This document shows, piece by piece, positions 1-10,107 of a stretch of DNA of 32,000 nt. The stretch is from Nitrosospira multiformis ATCC 25196 (lineage in GTDB: Bacteria; Pseudomonadota; Gammaproteobacteria; Burkholderiales; Nitrosomonadaceae). Under the pieces are notes generated by a model that was not told where the DNA came from, made no database searches, and saw nothing but the letters and a program-made list of their open reading frames with translations. The position numbers and the translations under genes were made by a program. Within the stretch, counting starts at the first letter, position 1, and every line of letters begins with the position of its first letter. The stretch lies in the NCBI RefSeq assembly GCF_000196355.1, contig NC_007614.1:990001-1022000 (forward strand), read 5' to 3'.

Positions 1-768
1 ACCAGTCGTGCGGTATGGCTTGCGCTGATCACACTCAAGGGGGAGCCAGGCTATCCTTCAGCGCTTACCGCGAAAACCTGGGGGTTCTACGATGTGCTGT
101 TCAAGGGAGAACCTTTCAAATTCCAGAGGCCCATCGAACGATGGCATTCCTATGTAATGGAGAATGTGCTGCTCAAGATTTCGTTCCCCGCCGAATTCCA
201 CTCCCAGACAGCGGCGGAGTGTGCGATGCAGCTATACCCGCACGTGAAGGACCGGATTGCCGATATCCGGAAAATAACGATCCGCACCCACGAGGCCGCG
301 ATTCGTATCATCGACAAGAAGGGGCCGCTCAGCAGCCCGGCCGACCGCGACCATTGCATGCAGTATATCGTGGCAGTGGCCCTTATTTTCGGCAGGCTTA
401 CCTCTGCCGATTATGAGGATGGCGTGGCCGCCGACCCTCGCATAGATGCGTTGCGGGACAAGATAATCTGTATTGAGGATCCGTGCTTCACAAAGGATTA
501 TTACGATCCCGAAAAACGCTCCATCGCAAACGGTCTCACCCTTGAATTCAGGGACGGCAGTAAACTGGAGGAAGTGGTGGTGGAGTATCCCATCGGCCAC
601 AGGTTGCGTCGAAGCGAAGGCATTCCGCTACTGGAAGAAAAATTTAGAATCAATCTTGGGCGGCGTTTCCCCGCCCAGCAGTGCGAGGCAATCATGAATG
701 CCTGTCATGATCAAGGCAGGCTGGAAGCAATGCCGGTTCACGAGTTTATCGATCTGTTTGTGATTTAG
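1..768 (+). CDS. prpD: MmgE/PrpD family protein, 2-methylcitrate dehydratase (5' truncated by the window)
   Basis: Frame 1 is open from base 1 (TSRAVWLALITLKGEPGYPSALTAKTWGFYDVLFKGEPF...) to TAG at 766-768. It contains PrpD-like segments YPSALTAKTWGFYDVLFKG and DPRIDALRDKI. The tracked ORF at 94 begins at an internal Met. Confidence 0.88.
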   Translation, partial: TSRAVWLALITLKGEPGYPSALTAKTWGFYDVLFKGEPFKFQRPIERWHSYVMENVLLKISFPAEFHSQTAAECAMQLYPHVKDRIADIRKITIRTHEAAIRIIDKKGPLSSPADRDHCMQYIVAVALIFGRLTSADYEDGVAADPRIDALRDKIICIEDPCFTKDYYDPEKRSIANGLTLEFRDGSKLEEVVVEYPIGHRLRRSEGIPLLEEKFRINLGRRFPAQQCEAIMNACHDQGRLEAMPVHEFIDLFVI

Positions 769-2275
769 GTGAGCTGGTTGCTGCTTCCGGATGTGTAACT
801 TGAGGCGGGGTGAGTTCCCTTTCGGTGAAGTCGTGACCGCTCCCCTGCCGGGAAGAGTTTGTATCCAGCAGTATCCGGAGAGTATTGAGCCTCAATCTCC
901 ACGAAGCGACGGTTGCCGGGTCTGCTGACAGGGCGGCTAGCAATTGTTCCACTCCGTCGGTATGGGAGGTGTCGCAGGTGGAGAAGAAACAGCGAAGTTC
1001 CTCACTGTTCGTGATGCCTGTCCGCTGCGCGAAGCCGGGATAATCTTCGCGCAGATGAGAAGCCAGCCATGCCTGATCGATCCATTGCTTCAACTGGCTA
1101 TAGCTGAAGCAGGTGCGTATCGCGAGATCCACAGGGTCAGCATTGCTGAGGTTTTCGATATTATCGAACCCTTCCCGCTCCAGTCTCAATTCGTGCGAGT
1201 AGCTCATTCCTGCCAGCATGGAAAGCGGCAGCGCGCGGTAGCTCATGGTGGGAATGATTCCTCTGGTCAGTTTAATGACGATCCGCTCAATTCCGAGTGC
1301 AGTCCGTTTCGGATAGAAACCGAGAAAGAAAGCAACAAGAGGCAGGAGGCTCAATCTGGCAGGCAACGGGACTTCCTGTTTCGAAAGGAGTTTTTCGCTA
1401 TTGCCTGATCTTTCAGGAGATGTGGTTTCTCCGGATTCCTCACCGGTAGAAGGCGTTGAGGGTGGGGGGAGCGCGGGTGTCGTGGCATTCACGTCGGAGG
1501 GCGCAGCGGTTGAGGGGGCAGTTGAGGACACATTCACATCGAGTTCGTGTGGCAGCAGCAGATCGAACGCAAAGGAGAGCACCAGCGCCAGCAGGCTTGC
1601 GACGATCATGCGGATAGCGCCATCGACGAACGTATTGGAAGTCAGGTCCATGGTGAAGTAGGCACGGACGACAGAGCCGATGAAATAGACGTAAGCGCCA
1701 AGGAATCCGAACTGGAAAGCCGTCAGGTTGCGGACCAGGTGGGAATAATAGGAACCATTACCCGTTTCATACAGTTCCATGAAGGGGCCCATCATCAACA
1801 TGTTCGCCCCGAGACTGAAATCCACCCCAAGTTCCGCAGACGAGGAAACGGGCTTGAACAGCAGCAGAATGGAACTACCGAGCAGCACGACGACCGTGGT
1901 CAGGCAGACGCTTCCCCTGTAAGTGCCAAAGGAAGCCCGTCGTCCCATCCGCTGACGGATTTCGCCGCGCCGCTCAGGTGGAACGTCGCGGTATAAACGC
2001 CGTTCCTTGCGGTTCGCCATCTTCATCATGTAGCTTAAGGCGAGCGATGGCACAACCAGAACCGCCAGCAGCGTCATGACAAGGTTGTACTGGAAGAAGA
2101 CCGGATCAAACCAGTGCGCAACTGCGCGGAAATCACGGTACGCAGCTGTACCGGGCCCCGGCGTTGTCCCAAACGCGGATTCCAGTCCCAGGCTCGCGAT
2201 GAAGATCGTCGGTACCGCAAATACCAGCCAATCGTACCAGTGCATGTCCCATTTTTTGCTTTCGTTCGGATCCAT
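746..2275 (-). CDS. Uncharacterised multi-pass membrane protein (about 509 aa)
   Basis: ORF 746..2479 is open. The most plausible start is the ATG at 2275 (MDPNESKKWDMHWYDWLVFAVPTIFIASLG...). Several hydrophobic helices are followed by a Pro/Ser/Thr-rich linker and a hydrophilic C-terminus. No family recognised. Confidence 0.75.
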   Translation of the reverse strand: MDPNESKKWDMHWYDWLVFAVPTIFIASLGLESAFGTTPGPGTAAYRDFRAVAHWFDPVFFQYNLVMTLLAVLVVPSLALSYMMKMANRKERRLYRDVPPERRGEIRQRMGRRASFGTYRGSVCLTTVVVLLGSSILLLFKPVSSSAELGVDFSLGANMLMMGPFMELYETGNGSYYSHLVRNLTAFQFGFLGAYVYFIGSVVRAYFTMDLTSNTFVDGAIRMIVASLLALVLSFAFDLLLPHELDVNVSSTAPSTAAPSDVNATTPALPPPSTPSTGEESGETTSPERSGNSEKLLSKQEVPLPARLSLLPLVAFFLGFYPKRTALGIERIVIKLTRGIIPTMSYRALPLSMLAGMSYSHELRLEREGFDNIENLSNADPVDLAIRTCFSYSQLKQWIDQAWLASHLREDYPGFAQRTGITNSEELRCFFSTCDTSHTDGVEQLLAALSADPATVASWRLRLNTLRILLDTNSSRQGSGHDFTERELTPPQVTHPEAATSSPKSQTDR

Positions 2276-2285
2276 ACACGTCTTT

Positions 2286-3014
2286 TCAACTTTCCTTACC
2301 TTCTGCCGCAGCGATTGCTTGATGCGCAGCCTCGATCCAGAATTGGCGATGATTGAAAGGCCGTGCGGATTGCCTGTCTGGCAAGGCCAGACTCCAACCC
2401 AGAAGCTCGATATGGTCGGCGCGCAGTGTTCCCCGAAATTTTCCCCATCCGGCAGAGGCCACGGGAACCATGCCGTCATTGTCTTCCCGCATTACCTTGG
2501 CATAGGGCCGAAGCCAGAAAGGAAGTTCCTCCAAAGGGCGACAGCTTGCATAGGAGGAGTAGGCTACATCCGGCCTATCCGGGATCTGCATTGCTTCGCA
2601 CGCCGCGGGAGTCAGTTCGGCGAGGGCCGGGGTGCCAATATGTCGAATCCAGGCAGGAACAGGTCCTTTGGCTTCGAGGAACCATTGTGCCAGGGGCGAA
2701 CCGCGATGCGGAGTGGAAACAGTAAGCAGGCTTTTTACGCGGCGATCCGCATCGAAGTGGCTGATGAGGTACCGGGCATCGAGCCCCCCCATGCTATGGG
2801 CGACCAGGGCAAAAGCTGGCGCGCGGCCGCGAAAAAGTTTATTTGCAAGTGTTTCCGCACGTTCAGCTATGGTTCCAGCGCCAGGGACTTCTGGTATAAG
2901 GGGCTTGATATCTTTGCGGGCTAATGCCTTTTCCACGCCGCGAAATTGTTCGATGGGCCCCCACCGCGAGAAGCCGAGAAAGCCGTGCAATAGCACCACC
3001 GTTGGGGTTGACAT
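2286..3014 (-). CDS. Alpha/beta hydrolase, triacylglycerol-lipase-like
   Basis: Start Met at 3014 (MSTPTVVLLHGFLG). HGFLG oxyanion region, AHSMGG nucleophile elbow (G-x-S-x-G-like), and TPHRGSPLA. Confidence 0.85.
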   Translation of the reverse strand: MSTPTVVLLHGFLGFSRWGPIEQFRGVEKALARKDIKPLIPEVPGAGTIAERAETLANKLFRGRAPAFALVAHSMGGLDARYLISHFDADRRVKSLLTVSTPHRGSPLAQWFLEAKGPVPAWIRHIGTPALAELTPAACEAMQIPDRPDVAYSSYASCRPLEELPFWLRPYAKVMREDNDGMVPVASAGWGKFRGTLRADHIELLGWSLALPDRQSARPFNHRQFWIEAAHQAIAAAEGKES

Positions 3015-3465
3015 GTAACGATACTCGCAATAAATGAACTTATCCAAAGGCTTGCAGTCACGCGGCTGGCTGCGCCTGTCAACTTGTCGCCCCAGGATAT
3101 GGGGCAACGATATCCTGCTACCTGATTTCCTATTATAGGATATTCCGCATTCTGCGTCGGGCTGTGTTTATGCAACCAACATGTCGGGATCGCCGGGTCT
3201 CATCGACTCTGGACATTTTGTTTACATCGCTGCCCAGTCTGATTCGGAGACACGATTTTGCCGGTGCAAGTAAATCCAAAATGACATGTTCAGTCACTTC
3301 TCAAGGGGAATATAATTTGATGAGGCAATTAAACTCCAATCGGAAGCCGGATCGGAGCGAGGACCAGTCCCGAATTGTACCTTGGAGTTCTGAACGTATT
3401 TCGAGCGCCGTGCTGTTTACCCGCTTTGAGCGGCTGTATAAGCGAGGAGAGCGAGGAGCCGCAAA

Positions 3466-4230
3466 ATGAAAATGACATACGATATCAGCGGAAAGACCGC
3501 TCTTGTGACAGGAGCAAATCGTGGAATAGGCAAGGCGATTGTCGATGCGCTACTGCATCATGGCGCGATGAAAGTCTACGCTGCGGTGCGCCACCCTGAT
3601 TCTGCTAATCCGCTGGTAGAGCGCTTTGGCGATAGACTGATTCCAGTCCACCTGGATTTGGCCGTGCCGGAAAGCATTGCAGCATTGGCTGACAGAGCCC
3701 CGGATGTTCAGGTGGTGGTCAACAACGCGGCGGTTTTCAAGACCTCCACCCCGCTGGATGCCGGCGCGATAGATGCGCTTGAGATGGCAATGAAGATCAA
3801 TGTGTATGGACTCATTCGCATGGCTCAAACCTTCGCTCCCGTTCTCGCAAAAAACGGAGGAGGCGCATTCATCCAGCTCAATTCAGTTGCATCCTTGAAG
3901 TGCGCTTCAAATTTTGCGACGCATTCGGCATCCAAGGCTGCTGCCTACTCCATTACCCAGGCATTGCGCGAGCTGCTGGCCCGGCAGAGTACGGCGGTAC
4001 TGAGCGTACATCCCGGTCTGATCGCAACCGACATGAGCAGCACTGCCGGATTGGCAGGTACTGCTGCGCCTCCCTCTGTGGTTGCAGAAGGTATAATCGC
4101 TGCGCTGCGATCAGGGGATTTTCACCTTTTTCCCGATCCTATGGCTCAACGTATCGGAAATGCATACCGGAGTTTTTCTGAAAATGTCATTGAAGCGGAC
4201 ATCGAAGAATACAGGGCGGAAAAGCAATAA
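3466..4230 (+). CDS. SDR family NAD(P)-dependent oxidoreductase
   Basis: 254 aa. TGANRGIGKA nucleotide-binding motif, NNAAVF, and a C-terminal SDR segment (SLKCASNFATHSASKAAAYSIT, HPGLIATDM). Confidence 0.88.
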   Translation: MKMTYDISGKTALVTGANRGIGKAIVDALLHHGAMKVYAAVRHPDSANPLVERFGDRLIPVHLDLAVPESIAALADRAPDVQVVVNNAAVFKTSTPLDAGAIDALEMAMKINVYGLIRMAQTFAPVLAKNGGGAFIQLNSVASLKCASNFATHSASKAAAYSITQALRELLARQSTAVLSVHPGLIATDMSSTAGLAGTAAPPSVVAEGIIAALRSGDFHLFPDPMAQRIGNAYRSFSENVIEADIEEYRAEKQ

Positions 4231-4329
4231 GTGCCGGGGGACGCGATCCCGGGCAGGATCCGTCTGGCAAGATCGATATTCATAAGGGCGGCATCATGAG
4301 GATGCAGAAATTTTTCAAGGAGTGCATTT

Positions 4330-7170
4330 ATGGCCCATAATCTGTTCAATACCCTGAAAGAGCTTTCCCTGCCCACGGGCAAAAAGGCAAAGTATTATTC
4401 GCTGCCCGCCCTGGAGGCAGCGGGTCTCGGTCGAATCTCCCGGCTGCCTGTCTCCATTCGCATCGTGCTGGAGTCCGTCCTGCGCAATTGTGACAACAGG
4501 AAGGTGACGGAGGCGCACATAAAAAGGTTGGCCGATTGGCAGCCGACCGCACCCAGACTGGATGAGATTCCATTTGTTGTATCCCGTATCGTGCTGCAGG
4601 ACTTTACGGGGGTGCCGCTATTGGTCGATCTGGCTGCAATGCGCAGCACTGCAAAAAAAATGGGCAAGGATCCGGAGATGGTGGAACCCCTGGTGTCGGT
4701 TGATCTGGTGGTCGATCATTCGGTGCAAGTCGATTACTACGGCACCGATGACGCGCTCAAGCTCAACATGGAAATGGAGTTTCACCGTAATCGGGAGCGG
4801 TACCAGTTCATAAAATGGGGCATGCAGGCCTTCGATACTTTCAAGGTTGTTCCGCCGGGTATCGGCATCGTCCATCAGGTCAATCTCGAGTATCTCGCGC
4901 GGGGAGTGCATGAAAAAGAGGGCATTCTTTATCCCGACACGCTGGTAGGCACGGATTCACATACCACCATGATCAACGGAATAGGCGTGGTGGGTTGGGG
5001 CGTTGGCGGGATCGAGGCGGAGGCCGGCATGCTGGGACAGCCGGTCTATTTCCTGACCCCTGATGTTGTCGGGGTGAACCTCACAGGAAAGCTTTCCACA
5101 GGCGTCACGGCAACCGATCTGGTGCTGACGGTTACTGAACTCCTGCGCAAATCCGGAGTGGTGGGCAAATTCGTGGAATTTTTCGGCGAGGGAACCGCGT
5201 CGCTTACGGTTCCCGACCGCGCCACCATCGGAAATATGGCACCTGAGTATGGGGCCACCATGGGTTTTTTCCCGGTCGATGACGCTACCGTGGAATATTT
5301 CCGCGGAACCGGGCGAAGCGAAGAAGAGGTCGCGGCCTTCCAATCTTATTTCAAGGCGCAGGAGTTGTACGGAGTTCCCCGCAAGGGCGAGATCGACTAT
5401 ACGCGCGAATTGGAGCTTGACCTCTCTACCGTCAAGCCTTCTCTCGCCGGACCGAGGCGCCCCCAGGATCGTATCGAGCTTGACGATGTCAAGACCCGTT
5501 TCACAGAACTCTTTTCACGGCCTGTCATGCAGGGGGGTTACGGCAGGGATGCTGCCGCCCTGAAACTTCGCTATAAGGTACATGGCAGCGAAGAGCCTGG
5601 CCCCGCCGCAGCGGCGGCCGACAGCGCCAGTGCAGACCGGAACACGGCGGCCGTAAGACCGGGGACCGAAAGAAACATCACGGAAATGGTCAATAACAGA
5701 CCTATCCTGGCCCCGGCCGAAGCCCCTGTGTATGGCGCAAACGACCTCTTCGACCTGGCCCACGCGGATATCCTGATTGCGGCCATTACATCCTGCACCA
5801 ACACCTCCAATCCCAGCGTACTGCTTGCCGCCGGCTTGCTGGCAAAGAAAGCGGTGGAAAAAGGGTTGTCGGTAAAGTGTCACATCAAGACATCGCTTGC
5901 ACCCGGGTCACGTGTCGTGACGGAGTATCTCCGCGAAACAGGCCTCTTGCCCTATCTCGATAAGCTTGGCTTCAATCTTGCCGGTTATGGCTGTACCACA
6001 TGCATCGGCAACTCAGGTCCGTTGTCCGTGCCGATTGAAGAAACGGTGGTATCCAATGATCTGGTTTGCGCCGCCGTCCTCTCCGGCAATCGCAATTTCG
6101 AGGCTAGAATTCACCCGAACATTCGTGCGAACTTCCTTGCTTCGCCCCCTCTGGTGGTTGCCTATGCTCTCGCGGGGACCATGCTCAAGGATCTGACAGC
6201 CGAGCCGCTCGGATATGGCGAGAATGGTCAGCCGGTATGGCTGGCCGATATCTGGCCACGCGATGATGAAATCCAGAGCCTGATGAAATTTGCAGCAAAC
6301 GGGGAAACATTCCGAAGGCTCTACAGCAACCTTACGCAGGATCATCCGTTATGGAACGATATATCGTCTGTTTCAGGGGAAGTCTATGACTGGCCGAAAT
6401 CGACCTACATAGCAGAACCTCCATTTTTCCAGGATTTCTCGCTGCAGCCCCGCCCGTATAATGAGATCCGGAACGCGCGGGCACTTGCCATCTTCGGCGA
6501 TTCGGTGACGACCGATCACATCAGTCCTGCCGGCAGTATCAAGGATACCTCTCCCGCGGGAAAATACCTGCTTGCAAGTGGTGTCTCCAGGTCTGATTTC
6601 AACAGCTATGGCGCGCGTCGTGGCAATCACGAGGTCATGATGCGCGGGACATTCGCCAACGTGCGCATCAAAAACCTGATGATTCCCGGCAGCGAAGGAG
6701 GTATAACGCTGCATCAGCCGGACGGGGAACAGATGAGCATCTACGATGCCGCCATGCGCTACATCGCAGAAGGTATCCCCACCGTGATATTCGGGGGAGA
6801 AGAATATGGCAGCGGATCGAGCCGCGACTGGGCGGCAAAGGGAACACAGCTATTGGGGGTCAAGGCAGTGATTGCAAAAAGCTTCGAACGCATCCATCGC
6901 AGCAACCTGATCGGCATGGGCGTGCTGCCGCTACAGTTCAAAGGCGACGACAGCGTGGAATCGCTCGGTATTCAGGGAAATGAAGCGTTCGACATCGAGG
7001 GACTGAGCAGCATCCGCCCCCAGCAGGATGTAACGCTGGTTGTACGTGACAATACCGGCTCACGCCGGGAAATCGACCTGCTGTGCAGGATAGATACCGG
7101 TATAGAGATCGACTACTATCGGCATGGAGGTATATTGCCTTATGTTCTTCGCGAGCTCATGAAGGCGTGA
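4330..7170 (+). CDS. acnA: Aconitate hydratase AcnA
   Basis: 946 aa. [85 protein letters not shown], and [14 protein letters not shown] are all diagnostic of AcnA/IRP-type aconitase. Confidence 0.96.
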   Translation: MAHNLFNTLKELSLPTGKKAKYYSLPALEAAGLGRISRLPVSIRIVLESVLRNCDNRKVTEAHIKRLADWQPTAPRLDEIPFVVSRIVLQDFTGVPLLVDLAAMRSTAKKMGKDPEMVEPLVSVDLVVDHSVQVDYYGTDDALKLNMEMEFHRNRERYQFIKWGMQAFDTFKVVPPGIGIVHQVNLEYLARGVHEKEGILYPDTLVGTDSHTTMINGIGVVGWGVGGIEAEAGMLGQPVYFLTPDVVGVNLTGKLSTGVTATDLVLTVTELLRKSGVVGKFVEFFGEGTASLTVPDRATIGNMAPEYGATMGFFPVDDATVEYFRGTGRSEEEVAAFQSYFKAQELYGVPRKGEIDYTRELELDLSTVKPSLAGPRRPQDRIELDDVKTRFTELFSRPVMQGGYGRDAAALKLRYKVHGSEEPGPAAAAADSASADRNTAAVRPGTERNITEMVNNRPILAPAEAPVYGANDLFDLAHADILIAAITSCTNTSNPSVLLAAGLLAKKAVEKGLSVKCHIKTSLAPGSRVVTEYLRETGLLPYLDKLGFNLAGYGCTTCIGNSGPLSVPIEETVVSNDLVCAAVLSGNRNFEARIHPNIRANFLASPPLVVAYALAGTMLKDLTAEPLGYGENGQPVWLADIWPRDDEIQSLMKFAANGETFRRLYSNLTQDHPLWNDISSVSGEVYDWPKSTYIAEPPFFQDFSLQPRPYNEIRNARALAIFGDSVTTDHISPAGSIKDTSPAGKYLLASGVSRSDFNSYGARRGNHEVMMRGTFANVRIKNLMIPGSEGGITLHQPDGEQMSIYDAAMRYIAEGIPTVIFGGEEYGSGSSRDWAAKGTQLLGVKAVIAKSFERIHRSNLIGMGVLPLQFKGDDSVESLGIQGNEAFDIEGLSSIRPQQDVTLVVRDNTGSRREIDLLCRIDTGIEIDYYRHGGILPYVLRELMKA

Positions 7171-7262
7171 ATGCAAGAAATGCGGCGGCAAGGCCGGGTA
7201 ACTCGGTTCGAACTCGGGCCGGGGAGGAAAACCCGTTCTTGCCGAGCAACCCGGGGCTCTCC

Positions 7263-8057
7263 TCAGCTTACTGACCACAACTCCTCGCTTGTATCCTTCC
7301 TTTTGGAAGTTTGAGCAGCCTCGGCCATGGCGTGGTTCCATAGCAGCCGGTCATACTCGTCATTTACCACGGAATAGCATTCACATACGGAATCTTCCAG
7401 TTCTTCACGATCCATTACGGCTATATGCCCGCGGCTATACTGTATTGCACCGATCGTTTGCAGCTTGAGCGCAGCCTGCGTCACGCTCTCCCGCCGCACT
7501 CCCAGCATGACGGCAATCTGCTCGTGCGTCATTTGCAGTTCATGGCCCGGTAACCGGTCGAGGTTCATCAAAAGGAAGCGGGACAACTGCTGCTCTATGT
7601 TATGGTGCCGGTTGCAAACCGCATTCTGCGCTGTCTGGGTCATCAATGCCTGGGTGAAGCGCAGTATCAGATGTTGTAATTTTCCCTGCCGCTCGAATTC
7701 TTTTTTCAGCACGCTGGTTTTCATGCGATACCCGCTGCCCGCACTTTGTACCACGACGCCGGCAGGCGTACTGGCGCCCCCTAGCAATGACGAGATACCT
7801 GTCAGGCCCTCGTTGCCAATGAGGGAAAGACGTACCGATGCGCCGCTTTCCACGCTGTAGAGGGGCGCGACGATGCTCGTCGTGGGAAAATATGAATGAG
7901 TAATAATCGCTCCCGGTTCATGAATTGTTTGTCCCACTGGCATGGGCATGAATTCAAGATAAGGGAGCAGTCTCGCGTAGTCCCCCGGTGGCAGGGCGGC
8001 AAGAAGTCGATTTTGCTTCGGGCTGTGCGGTGAAAGCATAACAATATTCCTCCTCAT
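7263..8057 (-). CDS. Crp/Fnr family transcriptional regulator
   Basis: 264 aa. N-terminal cNMP-binding-like domain (QTIHEPGAIITHSYFP...SVRLSLIGNEGLTGISSLLGG) and C-terminal winged HTH (MTHEQIAVMLGVRRESVTQAALKLQTIGAIQYSRGHIAVMDREELE). Confidence 0.85.
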   Translation of the reverse strand: MRRNIVMLSPHSPKQNRLLAALPPGDYARLLPYLEFMPMPVGQTIHEPGAIITHSYFPTTSIVAPLYSVESGASVRLSLIGNEGLTGISSLLGGASTPAGVVVQSAGSGYRMKTSVLKKEFERQGKLQHLILRFTQALMTQTAQNAVCNRHHNIEQQLSRFLLMNLDRLPGHELQMTHEQIAVMLGVRRESVTQAALKLQTIGAIQYSRGHIAVMDREELEDSVCECYSVVNDEYDRLLWNHAMAEAAQTSKRKDTSEELWSVS

Positions 8058-8543
8058 GTCAGACTGTATCGCCAGAATATGGCCTCACTCATGTCTCTGT
8101 TGAGCGGCCGGGGCGGGCGAACCGTTACCGGTATTCTTTGCGGATTTCTCTTTTCGAGCTGGATCGGTAACAGCCTCGGCTTTTTTCAGCAGGGGCAAAC
8201 CGATATACGGCATCACCGTGAATACAAGCAGTTATCGTGCCAGTATAAGAAGACGCTTTGAAACAAAGGCTTATGTTGAAAGCTGAAGAATAAAACCCTG
8301 ATTGCATTGTTGCTTGTCGGCAACAAGCCTCTATTGCATGAGAGTAACTCCCTGATTCTTCGGAATTACTTGATGTCTCCAAACAGAGACGTGAAAAAGA
8401 TGTTTTGAATCAAATACTTTTTCCCATACCCCTCTCGGATAAATCAGCGGCGCGCGGGAGTGTGAAGGAGTATAGTAAGAGTATGATATGGATGCTTACC
8501 TCCGATATTGACGAAGATCAGCAATGAAGTTCATGGAAGAAAA

Positions 8544-9158
8544 ATGCCTGCCAATCCGGCCAAGCGTGCAATAATCCTGATCAGCCTGGTCAGTGGCTTG
8601 GCCGGTTGCGCCGTTTTCTCTCCCCGCTATCAGATCACCCATCGATACGAGCCGCCAACCGATCCGGCAGGCACCGTTTGTCTCGAAAAATGCCCGCAAA
8701 AGCTGGAGATGTGCCAGCAAAGCTGTCAATCGGCATATCAGGCCTGCCTGAAGCGCATCGAACCCCTGGCGGAAGAGAGATATAGAAAAGCGGTCGAGCG
8801 TTACGACAATGAGCTTGATACCTATCGCCGGCGGATGCAGTCCGGATACCCCGGCTGGGGCCGCGCCACGCTGGGCTGGGGTTGGGGTGGCTATCCTTGG
8901 GGTTGGGGTGGCTATCCCTGGGGTTGGGGTTCGCCATGGGGCTGGGGAGGGGGGCCTTATTATGGGCTGGGCTACTCGTCTCCTTTTTTCTATGAACCAC
9001 CACCCGCCAGGCCGAATCGCATGCGGGAATTTGATAGGCTGCGCTACCAGCAATGTGAAGTGGAATGCGGGTGCCAGTTCGTGCAGGATGCGTGCTTTCT
9101 GGGCTGCGGCGGCAGGAAAATCATAGAAGAGAGGTGTATAGCAAACTGTCCAAAGTGA
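8544..9158 (+). CDS. Cys-rich putative lipoprotein with a Gly/Trp/Tyr-rich central repeat
   Basis: ATG at 8544 preceded by GGAAG (the tracked start at 8508 is TTG). Signal peptide with lipobox (LVSGLAGC), clustered CX3C motifs in the N- and C-terminal parts, and GWGWGGYPWGWGGYPWGWGSPWGWGGGPYYG in the middle. Confidence 0.75.
   Translation: MPANPAKRAIILISLVSGLAGCAVFSPRYQITHRYEPPTDPAGTVCLEKCPQKLEMCQQSCQSAYQACLKRIEPLAEERYRKAVERYDNELDTYRRRMQSGYPGWGRATLGWGWGGYPWGWGGYPWGWGSPWGWGGGPYYGLGYSSPFFYEPPPARPNRMREFDRLRYQQCEVECGCQFVQDACFLGCGGRKIIEERCIANCPK
8880..8939 (+). repeat. 21-nt in-frame tandem repeat, about 2.9 units, encoding (GW)GGYP units
   Basis: GGTTGGGGTGGCTATCCTTGG / GGTTGGGGTGGCTATCCCTGG / GGTTGGGGTTCGCCATGG. 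Units 1 and 2 differ by one base; unit 3 is diverged and shorter. Confidence 0.85.
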
Positions 9159-9254
9159 AAAACTGCCTCGGGAGGGGCAGAGCCTTCACCGGCAGGGGTA
9201 CAGCGGGAAGAGTTTGAGACTGCAGCCCAACCGCTGACCCGGCTTTCATCCCCT

Positions 9255-10094
9255 CTATTCCTTTTTCGGGGTGATTTCGAGGTTATCGATGAGCCGGGTT
9301 TCACCCAGGCGGGCTGCTCCCAGCACCACCATATTCCCATCCCTGGGCTGGGCTGGCGCCAGGGTATCTCTCTCGCGTATCGAGACGTAGTCGGTGTTCC
9401 AGCCGTGGGTGGCAAGAATTTTCATCGCGTTTTCCTCTAGTCCGGCAAAATTGCGATTGCCGCCTTCTATCTCCCGCTTGACTTGCGACAGCACCTGATA
9501 CAGCCGGATTGCCTCGGCGCGCTCCTCCTCACGAAGGTAGCGGTTACGCGAGCTCAATGCCAGGTTGTCCGAGGCGCGAACTGTTTCCCCGGCAACGATC
9601 TCTATGGGTAAATTAAACTGCCGCGCCAGTTCGCGTACAATATGCAATTGCTGATAATCCTTTTTTCCGAATACCGCGGTCTGCGGCTGCACGATATTGA
9701 AGAGCTTTAGCACGACAGTTGCCACGCCCCGAAAAAAGCCGGGCCGGTACTTCCCTTCCAGCATGTTTGCGATGGGGGAGGGTTCCACCATGAATTCTTG
9801 CGGCACGGGATAAAGGGTTTTTTCTTCCGGCGCGAACACGATGTGAACGCCCTGCTCTTCGAGAAGCGCGCAGTCCTGCTCCAGCGTGCGGGGATAGCGG
9901 TCAAAATCCTCGGTGGGGGCAAACTGCAGGCGATTTACAAAAATACTTGCGATTACGCATTCCCGATGTTGCCGGGCGGCCCGAATCAGGGACAAGTGTC
10001 CCTCGTGCAATCCGCCCATCGTCGGCACGAAGGCGATGGAGGATTCGCCCACGAGGCGGGTTCGCAGCGGTGAGATATCCGTGATGACGTCCAA
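9255..10094 (-). CDS. panC: Pantoate--beta-alanine ligase (pantothenate synthetase)
   Basis: 279 aa. VPTMGGLHEGHLSLIRAA, ASIFVNRLQFAPTEDFDRYPRT, VVLKLFNIVQPQTAVFGKKDYQQL, ALSSRNRYL. Confidence 0.96.
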   Translation of the reverse strand: MDVITDISPLRTRLVGESSIAFVPTMGGLHEGHLSLIRAARQHRECVIASIFVNRLQFAPTEDFDRYPRTLEQDCALLEEQGVHIVFAPEEKTLYPVPQEFMVEPSPIANMLEGKYRPGFFRGVATVVLKLFNIVQPQTAVFGKKDYQQLHIVRELARQFNLPIEIVAGETVRASDNLALSSRNRYLREEERAEAIRLYQVLSQVKREIEGGNRNFAGLEENAMKILATHGWNTDYVSIRERDTLAPAQPRDGNMVVLGAARLGETRLIDNLEITPKKE

Positions 10095-10107
10095 CTTGGA
10101 TCGGTAG

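Noticed and set aside
2076-2924. 282-aa + strand ORF opposite the lipase and membrane protein start
   Set aside because: Overlaps two better-supported minus-strand genes and has no domain-like sequence.
3164-3469. 101-aa + strand ORF upstream of the SDR gene
   Set aside because: Compositionally unlike a protein gene (MFMQPTCRDRRVSS...), occupies the divergent promoter region including a TATAAT at 3311, and has no recognisable motif.
8880-8939. Possible CRISPR or minisatellite locus
   Set aside because: The repeat units are contiguous with no spacers, in frame, and explain a GW/GY-rich protein segment.
8496-9053. 185-aa minus-strand ORF rich in Pro-Asn/Pro-Thr repeats
   Set aside because: It is the antisense translation of the Gly/Trp repeat in the Cys-rich lipoprotein. 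The sense frame has a signal peptide, lipobox and patterned cysteines.
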